Part shown: positions 9,229-17,401 of the stretch, piece by piece | How the letters are laid out: the number at the start of each line of letters is the position of its first letter | Numbering within the stretch: the first letter of the stretch is position 1 | NCBI GenBank assembly: GCA_964532435.1 | Contig: CAZHIE010000003.1 | Span: 1 to 44,445 of the forward strand | Source: an uncultured Planctomycetales bacterium | GTDB taxonomy: Bacteria; Planctomycetota; Phycisphaerae; UBA1845; Fen-1342 | Reading direction: 5' to 3' | DNA: 44,445 nt | Translations under genes and position numbers: made by a program | The notes under the pieces: model-generated | The model's input: only the letters and a program-made list of their open reading frames with translations | The model's database searches: none | Told to the model about the DNA's origin: nothing

Positions 9229-9304
9229 GGGGGGCCGGCCTCTGGCCGGTCTCTTAGATTCGAAGCGCAACCTAGGGGGGAGACCGGCCGGAGGCCGGCC
9301 CCCC
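9229..9304. repeat. 25-bp GC-rich inverted repeat (stem-loop, 26-nt loop)
   Basis: GGGGGGCCGGCCTCTGGCCGGTCTC (9229-9253) pairs with GAGACCGGCCGGAGGCCGGCCCCCC (9280-9304). The only non-Watson-Crick position is a G-T (G-U) pair. The loop contains CCTAGG. Confidence 0.85.
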
Positions 9305-9380
9305 GTTGACATTCCCCCCGTTGACATTCCCCCCCAATCAAATTCCCCCCATCACATTCCCCTCAACACCATTACCCCCC
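9299..9380. repeat. Phased C-tract plus A/T-rich 8-12-mer direct repeats (6 C-tracts, 14-16 bp period)
   Basis: C6-GTTGACATT, C6-GTTGACATT, C7-AATCAAATT, C6-ATCACATT, C4-TCAACACCATTA, C6. The first two units are identical 15-mers, each carrying TTGACA. Confidence 0.85.
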
Positions 9381-9528
9381 GCCGCGGGGCGCTTCGCGCC
9401 GCCCTCCGGCGCGTCCGATAGAGAAGTACATGATGGCGCAGGAAATCCCTCGTGCGCTTTCACAGCGCACGCCGCGCCAAACTCCTCGTCACCGCGGCGC
9501 GGAACGAGTCGTCGCAGGAACGCCGCCC

Positions 9529-10842
9529 ATGCGGATGCGCACAGCCCAAATCGCCGCCCTGCTCGCGTCTCTCGCGCTGCCGGCCGCATCCGCGCAGACG
9601 GACGACGCCGCCCCCGCCAGCGCCCCGGCGGCCGAGTCGCAGCCGTCGCAACCCCCGGCATCCCTGCTCGACCTGCTCGAAAGCGACCGCGCCACCGGCG
9701 ATTGGATCGGCGCGCGGGCCTGGCTCGAAGAGCACGGCCTTGAGATCGCGCTGACGCTCACCAGCCTGTATCAGCAGAACGCGCACGGCGGGCGAAACAC
9801 GCATCACGCGCACGACGTCAGCGGCGTATACGACCTCGAATTCACGTTTGACACACACAAGGCGGGCTTGTGGGCCGGCGGCTCGCTCTACGCCTACGCC
9901 GCGGGCGGCTGGAAATTCGGCGCCGGCGAGCACGTCGGCGACCTGATGGGCGTGAACTACAACGCGACCGGCGACGAGGAAATCGTCGTGCGCGAATTGT
10001 GGTACGAGCACAACTTCGCCGACGCGCTGCGCGTCCGCGTGGGACGGATCACGCTGACGCTTGATTTCGACACCAACGCATTCGCCAACTACGCGAGCGA
10101 ACAGTTCCTGCACAGCGCGCTGGTCAACAGCGCGAACATTCCCTTCCCGGATTACGGCATGGGGGCCCAGGCGATTCTCACACCGTGCGAAGCGTGGTAC
10201 GCCGCCGCGGGTGTCGCCGACGCGGACGCCGACGAAAAGCACACCGGGCTGGACACCGCATTTCACGGCCCGGACAACACGTTCAGCATGGTCGAGACGG
10301 GATTCACGCCGACCTGGCAAACACCGGTGGGCAAGCTCCCGGGCCACTACCGCGCCGGACTCTGGTACGATCCGCAGCCGAAAGAGGCGTACTTCGACGA
10401 CGTGTACGGCATGCGCCGCCACGCGCCGATCCGTCGCGACGACACGGGCTTCTATCTGAACATGGATCAACTCGTGTTTCGCGAGAACCCGGCCGACGAC
10501 GACGACGAGCAGGGCCTCGGCCTGTTCGCCCGCTACGCCCACTCGCACGCCGACGTCAACGAGCTTGAGGACTTCTGGAGCATCGGGGCGCAGTATCAGG
10601 GGCCGATCCCGCTGCGCGACGACGACGTGCTGGCCTTCGGCGCGGCGCAGGGTTTGCTCAGCGACAGCATCCGCCGCACCGGCCTGATTCCACACCGCGA
10701 GACGGCGCTCGAATGCTACTACCGGCTGCGGATCACGCCGTGGCTGTCGATCTCGCCGGATTTTCAGTGGATCCTGCGGCCGGGCGGGTTCGACGGTCCG
10801 GACGCCTTCGTCGCGGGCCTGCGTATGCAGGCGGTATTCTGA
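9529..10842 (+). CDS. OprB-family (carbohydrate-porin type) outer-membrane beta-barrel
   Basis: Signal peptide MRMRTAQIAALLASLALPAASAQ. TGDWIGARAWLEEHGLEIALTLTSLYQQNAHGG resembles the OprB N-terminal signature. Alternating beta-strand pattern and a C-terminal ...RMQAVF. The family call is from memory. Confidence 0.7.
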   Translation: MRMRTAQIAALLASLALPAASAQTDDAAPASAPAAESQPSQPPASLLDLLESDRATGDWIGARAWLEEHGLEIALTLTSLYQQNAHGGRNTHHAHDVSGVYDLEFTFDTHKAGLWAGGSLYAYAAGGWKFGAGEHVGDLMGVNYNATGDEEIVVRELWYEHNFADALRVRVGRITLTLDFDTNAFANYASEQFLHSALVNSANIPFPDYGMGAQAILTPCEAWYAAAGVADADADEKHTGLDTAFHGPDNTFSMVETGFTPTWQTPVGKLPGHYRAGLWYDPQPKEAYFDDVYGMRRHAPIRRDDTGFYLNMDQLVFRENPADDDDEQGLGLFARYAHSHADVNELEDFWSIGAQYQGPIPLRDDDVLAFGAAQGLLSDSIRRTGLIPHRETALECYYRLRITPWLSISPDFQWILRPGGFDGPDAFVAGLRMQAVF

Positions 10843-10891
10843 CGCAGCGGCGGTGCGATTCTGCACAACGCGGAAACTGGGAGTAAGAACG

Positions 10892-11086
10892 ATGCGCAAC
10901 GTGAGGAAGCTTGGGCTAATCGTCGCACTCGGCGGCCTGCTGCCGCTTTCAAGCTGCGCCGTCGACGTCCGCGACGCGGTCATCTTCGGCGCGCTCGACT
11001 TCATCAGCACGCAGACCGGCGATCTGCTCAACAACGTGCTCGCCGGGCAGAATCCGCTCGGCGACGCGGCGGCGCAGCAGCCGTAG
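10892..11086 (+). CDS. Small lipoprotein (64 aa)
   Basis: MRNVRKLGLIVALGGLLPLSSC lipobox; GGGAG RBS at 10879-10883. Confidence 0.5.
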   Translation: MRNVRKLGLIVALGGLLPLSSCAVDVRDAVIFGALDFISTQTGDLLNNVLAGQNPLGDAAAQQP

Positions 11087-11345
11087 CGCCGCCGCTGGCG
11101 GGCGTCGGCCGCACGGCGCGGACGTTTGGCGCGCGCTTGCGGGTCGCGTCCGCTAAGAACCGCGCGCTGCGCGGCGCAGCGGCAATTGCGGCGCTTGTGT
11201 GGCGCGCCGCGTTGACCGCCGGCGCGGCGCGGCCTACGGTTTGATGTCGGCGGTTGCCCCGCGTCGCGGGAGCGCCGTCCGCGGTTCTGGAGGAAGAACC
11301 TTGCCGCCTCGCAGCACGAATCCCATTCAGCAGCAGCGGCGGACG

Positions 11346-11765
11346 ATGTCCGCGATGCTCGCTGCCTGCCTGGGATCGGCGCTGCTGGTCGGTTGCGCAG
11401 CGCCGCAGCCGGCCGCGACCGGCCTGCCCGAACTGACGCGTGCATACCAGACCGCGACGAGCCACGGAACGCGCGCCGTGCGCGGCCCCGCCCGCGAGCG
11501 CCGCGGGCTGGCGCTGCGCCGCATCGAACGCGGCGCCGGCGACCTTCTGCAGCAAAGCTCCGACTGGACCAGCGATACAAGGCTTGTGTCCGTCCGCGAT
11601 CCCGAGCGTCCCGTCATCCGCGCGACGGTCGGCGAGTTCCGCACCGCGCTCGAATCGCTCCGCGCAGCGGCCCGGCGCGGCGACCTCGCGAGTGTTCGCA
11701 CAGACTATGCCAGCGCCCTGGCCGCATATCGCCGGCTACCGCGCGGCGTGCCGGCCGCGGAGTAA
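11346..11765 (+). CDS. Lipoprotein of unknown function
   Basis: MSAMLAACLGSALLVGC lipobox followed by a helical, Arg-rich body. GC3-rich frame. Confidence 0.55.
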   Translation: MSAMLAACLGSALLVGCAAPQPAATGLPELTRAYQTATSHGTRAVRGPARERRGLALRRIERGAGDLLQQSSDWTSDTRLVSVRDPERPVIRATVGEFRTALESLRAAARRGDLASVRTDYASALAAYRRLPRGVPAAE

Positions 11766-11885
11766 CGAAGCCACACGAAATTCCGTCTCTCCTGTTGCCC
11801 GGCCGCGATGGATCGCGGCTTTCTTTCCTGACTGCTGTTTCGCAAGGTTCCCCTGCCGGCCGACGCCGGGAGGGGAATCTGCGTT

Positions 11886-12701
11886 ATGGGGCGCCTCTGC
11901 TGGACAGCCGCGCTATGCACGATGCTGGCGGCCGGCTGCCGAACGTCTGACCCGGGCGAGGCGCGGCAGGCGGATTGGCGCAGAGTCTGCGCGTGCCTCG
12001 CCCCTTCGACTCCGACGGATCTTTGCTCCGCACCGAACGCCGCGCTGGCGCAGCGCCTGTCCGCGCTGGCGGGCGTCGCGCGCGCGTCCGTGGTGACGAT
12101 CGCCGTGCAGCGTCGCGACAGCGCCGCGGCCGGCACAAGCCTGGCCGGCGCGATCGACGGCGGCAGCGGCTTTGCCATCGCGCCGGGCTGGATACTGACC
12201 TGTGAGCACGTCGTTCGCGGCGCGGGCGACATTCGCGTCCTTACGCCGGATGGTCGCGGTTGCCGCCCGCGAAGCGTGCATGTTCTGACGGGGCGCGATC
12301 TCGCGTTGCTCGAAATCCCCGACCTCGGACGGCGCAGCATCCCGGCGCTGACGCTTGCCGAGACCAGCGGCCCGTTGCGTCGCGTCGCCGGGAGCGGCGT
12401 CGTCCTGATCGGCGCTCCACCGACGCACGACGGCCCGGCGATCGCCCGAGCGGGCGTCGTGATCGGGAGCGCGTCGATGCAGGCGCGGCTCGACCCGGCG
12501 GGGACACGCGACTATTCCCATATGATTGAGAGCACCGCGCCCGCCGAGCCGGGCTGCTCCGGCGGCCCCATCCTCGACGAGACCGGCCGCGTCGTGGGCG
12601 TCGCCGCAGCGGCCGATACCACAGCGCGGCGCAGCTATGCGCTGCCGCTGGATGCGGCGACGGTGCATGAGATTTCGCGGTACACGCGCGACAAGCCGTA
12701 G
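11886..12701 (+). CDS. Trypsin-like (S1) serine protease, lipoprotein
   Basis: Lipobox MLAAGC. Catalytic triad contexts LTCEHVV (His), GRDLALLEI (Asp), EPGCSGGPIL (Ser). GGGAGGGG RBS upstream. Confidence 0.8.
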   Translation: MGRLCWTAALCTMLAAGCRTSDPGEARQADWRRVCACLAPSTPTDLCSAPNAALAQRLSALAGVARASVVTIAVQRRDSAAAGTSLAGAIDGGSGFAIAPGWILTCEHVVRGAGDIRVLTPDGRGCRPRSVHVLTGRDLALLEIPDLGRRSIPALTLAETSGPLRRVAGSGVVLIGAPPTHDGPAIARAGVVIGSASMQARLDPAGTRDYSHMIESTAPAEPGCSGGPILDETGRVVGVAAAADTTARRSYALPLDAATVHEISRYTRDKP

Positions 12702-12731
12702 CGGACCGCAGCCGAGAGCGGCCGCGGTCCG
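12702..12731. terminator. Possible bidirectional stem-loop between convergent genes
   Basis: CGGACCGC (12702-12709) pairs with GCGGTCCG (12724-12731), 14-nt loop. No U-run, so only a candidate. Confidence 0.3.
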
Positions 12732-12758
12732 GACTTCCACGAATCGCCAGACACGGAA

Positions 12759-13433
12759 CTAATGAACATCCAGCCTTCGCAGGTTCACGCCGCCCGCGGC
12801 GTCGACGCTTACTTCCCAGCGCTGCCCCGGCCGCACGCGCGCCGACGGCGCTTCGAGCTGCGCCACGCGCACGCCGTATTGCGCCGCCGCTTTCGGATCG
12901 TCGGCCAGCTCCCAGAAGCGCGCCCACAGGCGCGCGTGCTCGGCTTGCATCGCGGGCTTTTCGTCGGTTGTCGGCGGCGACGTGCGCTCCAGCGATGGCC
13001 CGCTCTCGGGCGCCTGCTGATCGCCGAACGCGCGGCGAAACAGCGCCAGGCTCTCGCCGCGCTGCTCGTCGCCGGCGCCGACCAGCGCATGATCGAATTT
13101 CAGGATCAACGCTTCGACGTAAAGCTGTGAACCCAGCGTTTCGATCTCGGACGGCTCGCCCAGCACGCCCGCGCCGCCGACCTGCTGAAAGCGGCTGCGC
13201 GTCACCACGCGACCGCTGGCGTCGGCCGATTGATCGAGGATGTCGAGCTGCGCGACGCGGCGCGACGCGCTGAGCCGCCGTACAAAATCGACCAGCCGCT
13301 GCTTCTCGCGCTCCAGTTCGTCCACGCGCGCTTCCAGCCGCCGCACGCGAAAATCGCCGAACTCGACCGCCAGCCACCCGGCCAGCCCCAGCGCCGCCAG
13401 CGCCAACAGCGCCGTCCGCACGTGCTTCATCAT
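12759..13433 (-). CDS. N-terminally membrane-anchored coiled-coil protein, unknown function
   Basis: MMKHVRTALLALAALGLAGWLAV anchor, then RRLEARVDELEREKQRLVDFVRRL. AAGGAG RBS 9 nt upstream of the ATG at 13433. Confidence 0.6.
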   Translation of the reverse strand: MMKHVRTALLALAALGLAGWLAVEFGDFRVRRLEARVDELEREKQRLVDFVRRLSASRRVAQLDILDQSADASGRVVTRSRFQQVGGAGVLGEPSEIETLGSQLYVEALILKFDHALVGAGDEQRGESLALFRRAFGDQQAPESGPSLERTSPPTTDEKPAMQAEHARLWARFWELADDPKAAAQYGVRVAQLEAPSARVRPGQRWEVSVDAAGGVNLRRLDVH

Positions 13434-13490
13434 CCCACTGCGCTCCTTCGCCTCATCGCACATCCATGTGTCGCCGTCCGCCGCGCGACG

Positions 13491-14411
13491 CTAGAGCGAC
13501 CGCCGCCCCGGCGCCGGCGCGGGGGCGCTCTCCACCCCGCCGTGATACCGCCGCGCCAGCTCGCGGATGCGGGCGTCCGCACAATACATCAACGCAAACC
13601 GGGCGTTGTACGCCGCGGCCGGCGACGGACCCGCCAACACGTCGATCAGCCGCCCCCGCACCGCCTCATCCGGCCGCGACCCGAGCCAGATGCACGCCGC
13701 GCGCACCAGATTGTAATCCTGCGACGATAGCGCGAGCAGCTCCGGCGGCCCGCTCGAACACCGCACGACGTCGTCCTCAAACGGATACGTCCACACATCC
13801 GCGGCGCGCCGCGATAGCACGCGAAACAGATTGTCGGTCATCGGCCGCAGCGGCCGGCCCAGGAGCGTCTCCGCGGAACTGTCGCGGGCCGTCACCCACC
13901 ACTCGCAGACGCGCCGCCGATCGCCCTCCACGTCGATCCGCGCCGCCAGCGCGTGGTTGAACGCGGCCGGATAAAGCTCGTGCCAGCGCCGCGGCGGCCG
14001 GCCGCACACGAGCGGCGGGCCGAGCGGCTGGCCATCGACCTTCAGGTCGAAGTGCAGCAGGTCGAAACCCGTTTCCAGCGCGCTCGCCGACAGCCGCGGG
14101 CCGCGTCCGGGCCGCGAAAGCAGTCGCACCAGCGAGCATGTCACCAGCACGCGCAGATCGTCCGGAGCGGCGGTCGCCCGCATTTCCGGACGATGCACGA
14201 GATAGTCCACCGCGCTCGGGCCCAGCTCGACCAGGGCGTTGAACTGCTCCGTCCAGCAGGCGTCGGGGTCAAGCTCCAGCAGCGGCGCCGCGGCACGCGC
14301 CGCTCGAATTTCGAGCGCCGGCGGGCCGATCTGGCACCCCGCGCAGCCGGCGGCCGCGGCGCACAGCCCCAGCGCGAACCACAACGAGCGCAATCTCCGC
14401 GCGACACGCAC
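13491..14411 (-). CDS. Lipoprotein of unknown function (helical-repeat-like)
   Basis: GTG start with a GAGGA RBS. RSLWFALGLCAAAAGCAGC lipobox-like N-terminus. No recognisable catalytic motif. Confidence 0.55.
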   Translation of the reverse strand: MRVARRLRSLWFALGLCAAAAGCAGCQIGPPALEIRAARAAAPLLELDPDACWTEQFNALVELGPSAVDYLVHRPEMRATAAPDDLRVLVTCSLVRLLSRPGRGPRLSASALETGFDLLHFDLKVDGQPLGPPLVCGRPPRRWHELYPAAFNHALAARIDVEGDRRRVCEWWVTARDSSAETLLGRPLRPMTDNLFRVLSRRAADVWTYPFEDDVVRCSSGPPELLALSSQDYNLVRAACIWLGSRPDEAVRGRLIDVLAGPSPAAAYNARFALMYCADARIRELARRYHGGVESAPAPAPGRRSL

Positions 14412-14450
14412 GTGCTGAATCCTCGCCCGGCAGCGGTCGATAGCGACTAC

Positions 14451-17294
14451 GTGTTATCGTACCGCCGCGCTCCCGATTTTCGCCGCGCTCGCCCGCGCCG
14501 CGCCCGTTCGCCGCACGCGCTGCGGGCGGTAACGACCTTCGTCTGCGCCGTCGCGCTCGTGCAATCCGCGGTCGCGACGCCGGGCGCCGCCGGCGCGCGG
14601 CCGCTGCCGACGGCCGCACGAACCGCCGCCGCGCCGGAGGATTCCGGCAACGCGGCCTATCGCCTCCTGCGGCTGTTCGACTTCGACGAGCGACCGCTCG
14701 GCAACTACGAATCCGTCCCGATGTACTGGAACCGCCTCAGCGGCGAAGGATTGCCGCGCTACTCGGCCGGACGGTTTGACGAGGAAACCGGCCACGACGG
14801 CGCGCCCTCGTTCCGATTCGACCTTCTGGGCGGAAGCATCTGCTACGAGTATCGCCGCGACGACCTGAGGATCGTGCCGGCGGCCGATTACCTCGTTGTC
14901 GCGTACATCCGCACCGCCGACATGATCGACGCGGCCGCATTCGTCGAAACGCACTTCGTCGACGGCGATGGCGCGGTGATCGCCGAGAGCACGCGCGTCA
15001 GCGATGTGGTGCGCTCCGCGGAGCCGGCCGGCGCGGCCGCTGGCGAACCGGCAGCCGACGACTGGCGCCGCGTCGAGATCACGCTGACCGGCGATTATCC
15101 GCTGGCCGCGGCGCTCCGACTGCGCCTGTGGGTGTTGCAGGATCACGTCTGGCGGCCGCGCGATTCCACCGCGATCGATCCGATCATCCGGCAGGACGTC
15201 CGCGCGACGGCGTGGTTCGACGACATCGCCGTATATCGCCTGCCGCGCCTGCGCCTGCGGCTCGACAGCCCGGGCGGCATCGTCAGCGCCGGCCAGCCGG
15301 CCGCGCTCGTGGTCGACGCCAACAACGGGCTGGACACGCCGCTGGCGGCCGAGCTGCTGATTCTCCGCGGGCGCGAGCAGGTACACACGCGGCAATTCAC
15401 GGTTCCGCCCGCCGCGGAGGCGCCGCTGCGGACCGAGATCGCCGATCTTCCGCCGGGCTATTACGAGGCACAGGTGCGCCTCACCGGCGGCAGCCGCAGC
15501 CCGAATCAGCGCTCAGTCCGCTTCGCCGTGCTGCCCGAGCTGCCCGCCCGCGGACCTCCCGACGCGCGCTGGGCGACCGGGCTGGGCGTCTGGCGCAACG
15601 GCGACAGCGGCGGGGCCGACGCGCTGCTCGCCGAACTGGGCGTCGGCACGGTGCGATTCGACGTCGCCATGACCGGGCTGCCGAAAACTTCGGCCGAGGC
15701 CGCGTCGCAACAGGGCCTGCGCGAGCTGGTCCGCCTGCTCTCCGTGCGAACGGTGCGAACGGTCGGGAACATTCTCCCCCCGGAGGCGATGCTGGACAGC
15801 GAGCACGGCCCGACCACGTTCGAGCACATTCGATATGGAAGCGCGTGGCACGACGGATTCGACCCGATCATCGCGCAGATGGGCTCGGCCGTCGGCGCGT
15901 GGCAGCTCGGGCACGAGTCGCGCGAGAGCCGCCGGCCGAAGACCTGGGACGCGGCCAGCGTCGGGCGCCTGCGCCGCTATCTGCAAAGATTCGTGACGCT
16001 GCCGCAGCTCGTCGTGCCGCGCAGCATCCTCGACGGACAGGCCGCGGCGCTGGCGACCGAACGCGCCGGCCGCGCGGCTCACACGATCTGTTTCTGGGTT
16101 CCGGCCAACGTCCCGGACGCCGATCTGGCCGGTCAGCTCTCCTTTCTCGTGCCGGCCACGGGAGAGCGCGGCGCCGGCTCGCGCGCGCAGCCGGCGCCGG
16201 CGGCGCCGCCGGTCTGGCTCTCGCTGGAATCGCTCGCCGCGCTGGGGCTGTCGCCGGAGCGTGCCGTGGCGAGCGACGCGCAGCGCCTGGCGATCGCGCG
16301 GGCGTTCGAGCCCGACGCGGTGCTTTTCGCCGCGCCGCTGCGGGTCGCCACTTCGGGCGGTCAGCCGCTGTGGGAGCCGGACGAGCGCTACATTCCGCTG
16401 CGGACTCTGCTGCACGGCCTGGCCGGCATGCACGCGGTCGGCACGCTGTCGCTGGGCGACGATCGATTCGGCATTCTGTTTCGCGACGGCGAGCGAAGCT
16501 GCCTGGTCGCGTGGCGCCGCGCGCCGCAGGAGCAGGAAAGCTGGTGCGATCTGTACCTGGGCGGGCGCGCCCGCGGATTGCGCCTCTCGGGCGAGCCGTT
16601 CGAGGTCCGACAGGAGGCACGCCGCTGTCTGCTGCCGCTGTCGCCGGCGCCGGTTCTCATCCTGGACGTCGAGGTCGAGCTGATTCTTCTGCAATCCGGC
16701 GTGCGGCTCGAACCGCGCGAGTTCGAGCTGCACACCGACGGCGAGCAGCCCGCGCTGCGCCTGCGGAATCCGTTCTCCAACGTCCTCAACGGCGTCGCCC
16801 GCATCAGCGGGCCGCCCAACTGGCGCGTGCTGCCCGCGTCGTCGCCATTCTCGCTCGCGCCCGGACAGGCGCTGGAAATCCCGCTGGAACTCGAGCTCCC
16901 GCCGCGGCAACTGGCCGCCGCGCTGCCCATCGACGTTCGTCTCGAATTGCGCGATCCGGTCGCCACGTCGCTCGACTTCCGGTTTCCGGTGGAAATCGGG
17001 CTGCGCGACATCGCGCTGGCGGTCGAAACTCGCTGGCGCGGCGACGATCTACAGGTCGACGTCACGCTCACCAACCGAACCCCGCAGCCGATCTCCTTTG
17101 CCGGATTCTGCCACCCGCCCGGCCGCCGGCGCAGCGAGGGCGAATTCGTCGGCGTCGCCCCGCAGGGCGGCCGGCAGCAGACTTTCCTCATTTCCGGCGC
17201 CGCCGACCTGGTCGGGCGGCAGATTCACATCGGCGTGCGCGAGCTGGGCGGGCCGCGGGCCCTCGATCAGCTTGTTGAAGTGCCCCCGCGATGA
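14451..17294 (+). CDS. Large secreted multi-domain protein, unknown function
   Basis: Long GC3-rich frame. There is no in-frame ATG upstream of the hydrophobic signal-like segment AVTTFVCAVALVQSAVA, so a GTG start at 14451 (or 14412) is assumed. The body looks like a beta-sandwich N-domain, a central alpha/beta region and Ig-like C-terminal domains; I recognise no family. Confidence 0.55.
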   Translation: MLSYRRAPDFRRARPRRARSPHALRAVTTFVCAVALVQSAVATPGAAGARPLPTAARTAAAPEDSGNAAYRLLRLFDFDERPLGNYESVPMYWNRLSGEGLPRYSAGRFDEETGHDGAPSFRFDLLGGSICYEYRRDDLRIVPAADYLVVAYIRTADMIDAAAFVETHFVDGDGAVIAESTRVSDVVRSAEPAGAAAGEPAADDWRRVEITLTGDYPLAAALRLRLWVLQDHVWRPRDSTAIDPIIRQDVRATAWFDDIAVYRLPRLRLRLDSPGGIVSAGQPAALVVDANNGLDTPLAAELLILRGREQVHTRQFTVPPAAEAPLRTEIADLPPGYYEAQVRLTGGSRSPNQRSVRFAVLPELPARGPPDARWATGLGVWRNGDSGGADALLAELGVGTVRFDVAMTGLPKTSAEAASQQGLRELVRLLSVRTVRTVGNILPPEAMLDSEHGPTTFEHIRYGSAWHDGFDPIIAQMGSAVGAWQLGHESRESRRPKTWDAASVGRLRRYLQRFVTLPQLVVPRSILDGQAAALATERAGRAAHTICFWVPANVPDADLAGQLSFLVPATGERGAGSRAQPAPAAPPVWLSLESLAALGLSPERAVASDAQRLAIARAFEPDAVLFAAPLRVATSGGQPLWEPDERYIPLRTLLHGLAGMHAVGTLSLGDDRFGILFRDGERSCLVAWRRAPQEQESWCDLYLGGRARGLRLSGEPFEVRQEARRCLLPLSPAPVLILDVEVELILLQSGVRLEPREFELHTDGEQPALRLRNPFSNVLNGVARISGPPNWRVLPASSPFSLAPGQALEIPLELELPPRQLAAALPIDVRLELRDPVATSLDFRFPVEIGLRDIALAVETRWRGDDLQVDVTLTNRTPQPISFAGFCHPPGRRRSEGEFVGVAPQGGRQQTFLISGAADLVGRQIHIGVRELGGPRALDQLVEVPPR

Positions 17295-17401
17295 GATAAT
17301 TCGGGTTTCGGCCGAAGGCGCGTGTCGGCGGAGCGCTGTTTGCCCGCCGGCGCGAGATTTGCCGCGCGACGCGGCGCCGACAGCCAGGCCCGGAGTATCG
17401 C

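Noticed and set aside
9305-9328. The duplicated TTGACA hexamers as sigma-70 -35 boxes.
   Set aside because: The positions 17 +/- 1 bp downstream fall in C-tracts with nothing resembling TATAAT. They are reported only as part of the phased repeat.
9306-9743. ORF whose N-terminus reads as a periodic proline peptide (TFPPLTFPPNQIPPITFPSTPLPP).
   Set aside because: The periodicity is a direct translation of the C-tract DNA repeats. The ORF then runs out of frame through the porin gene and has no RBS or signal features, so it is treated as non-coding.
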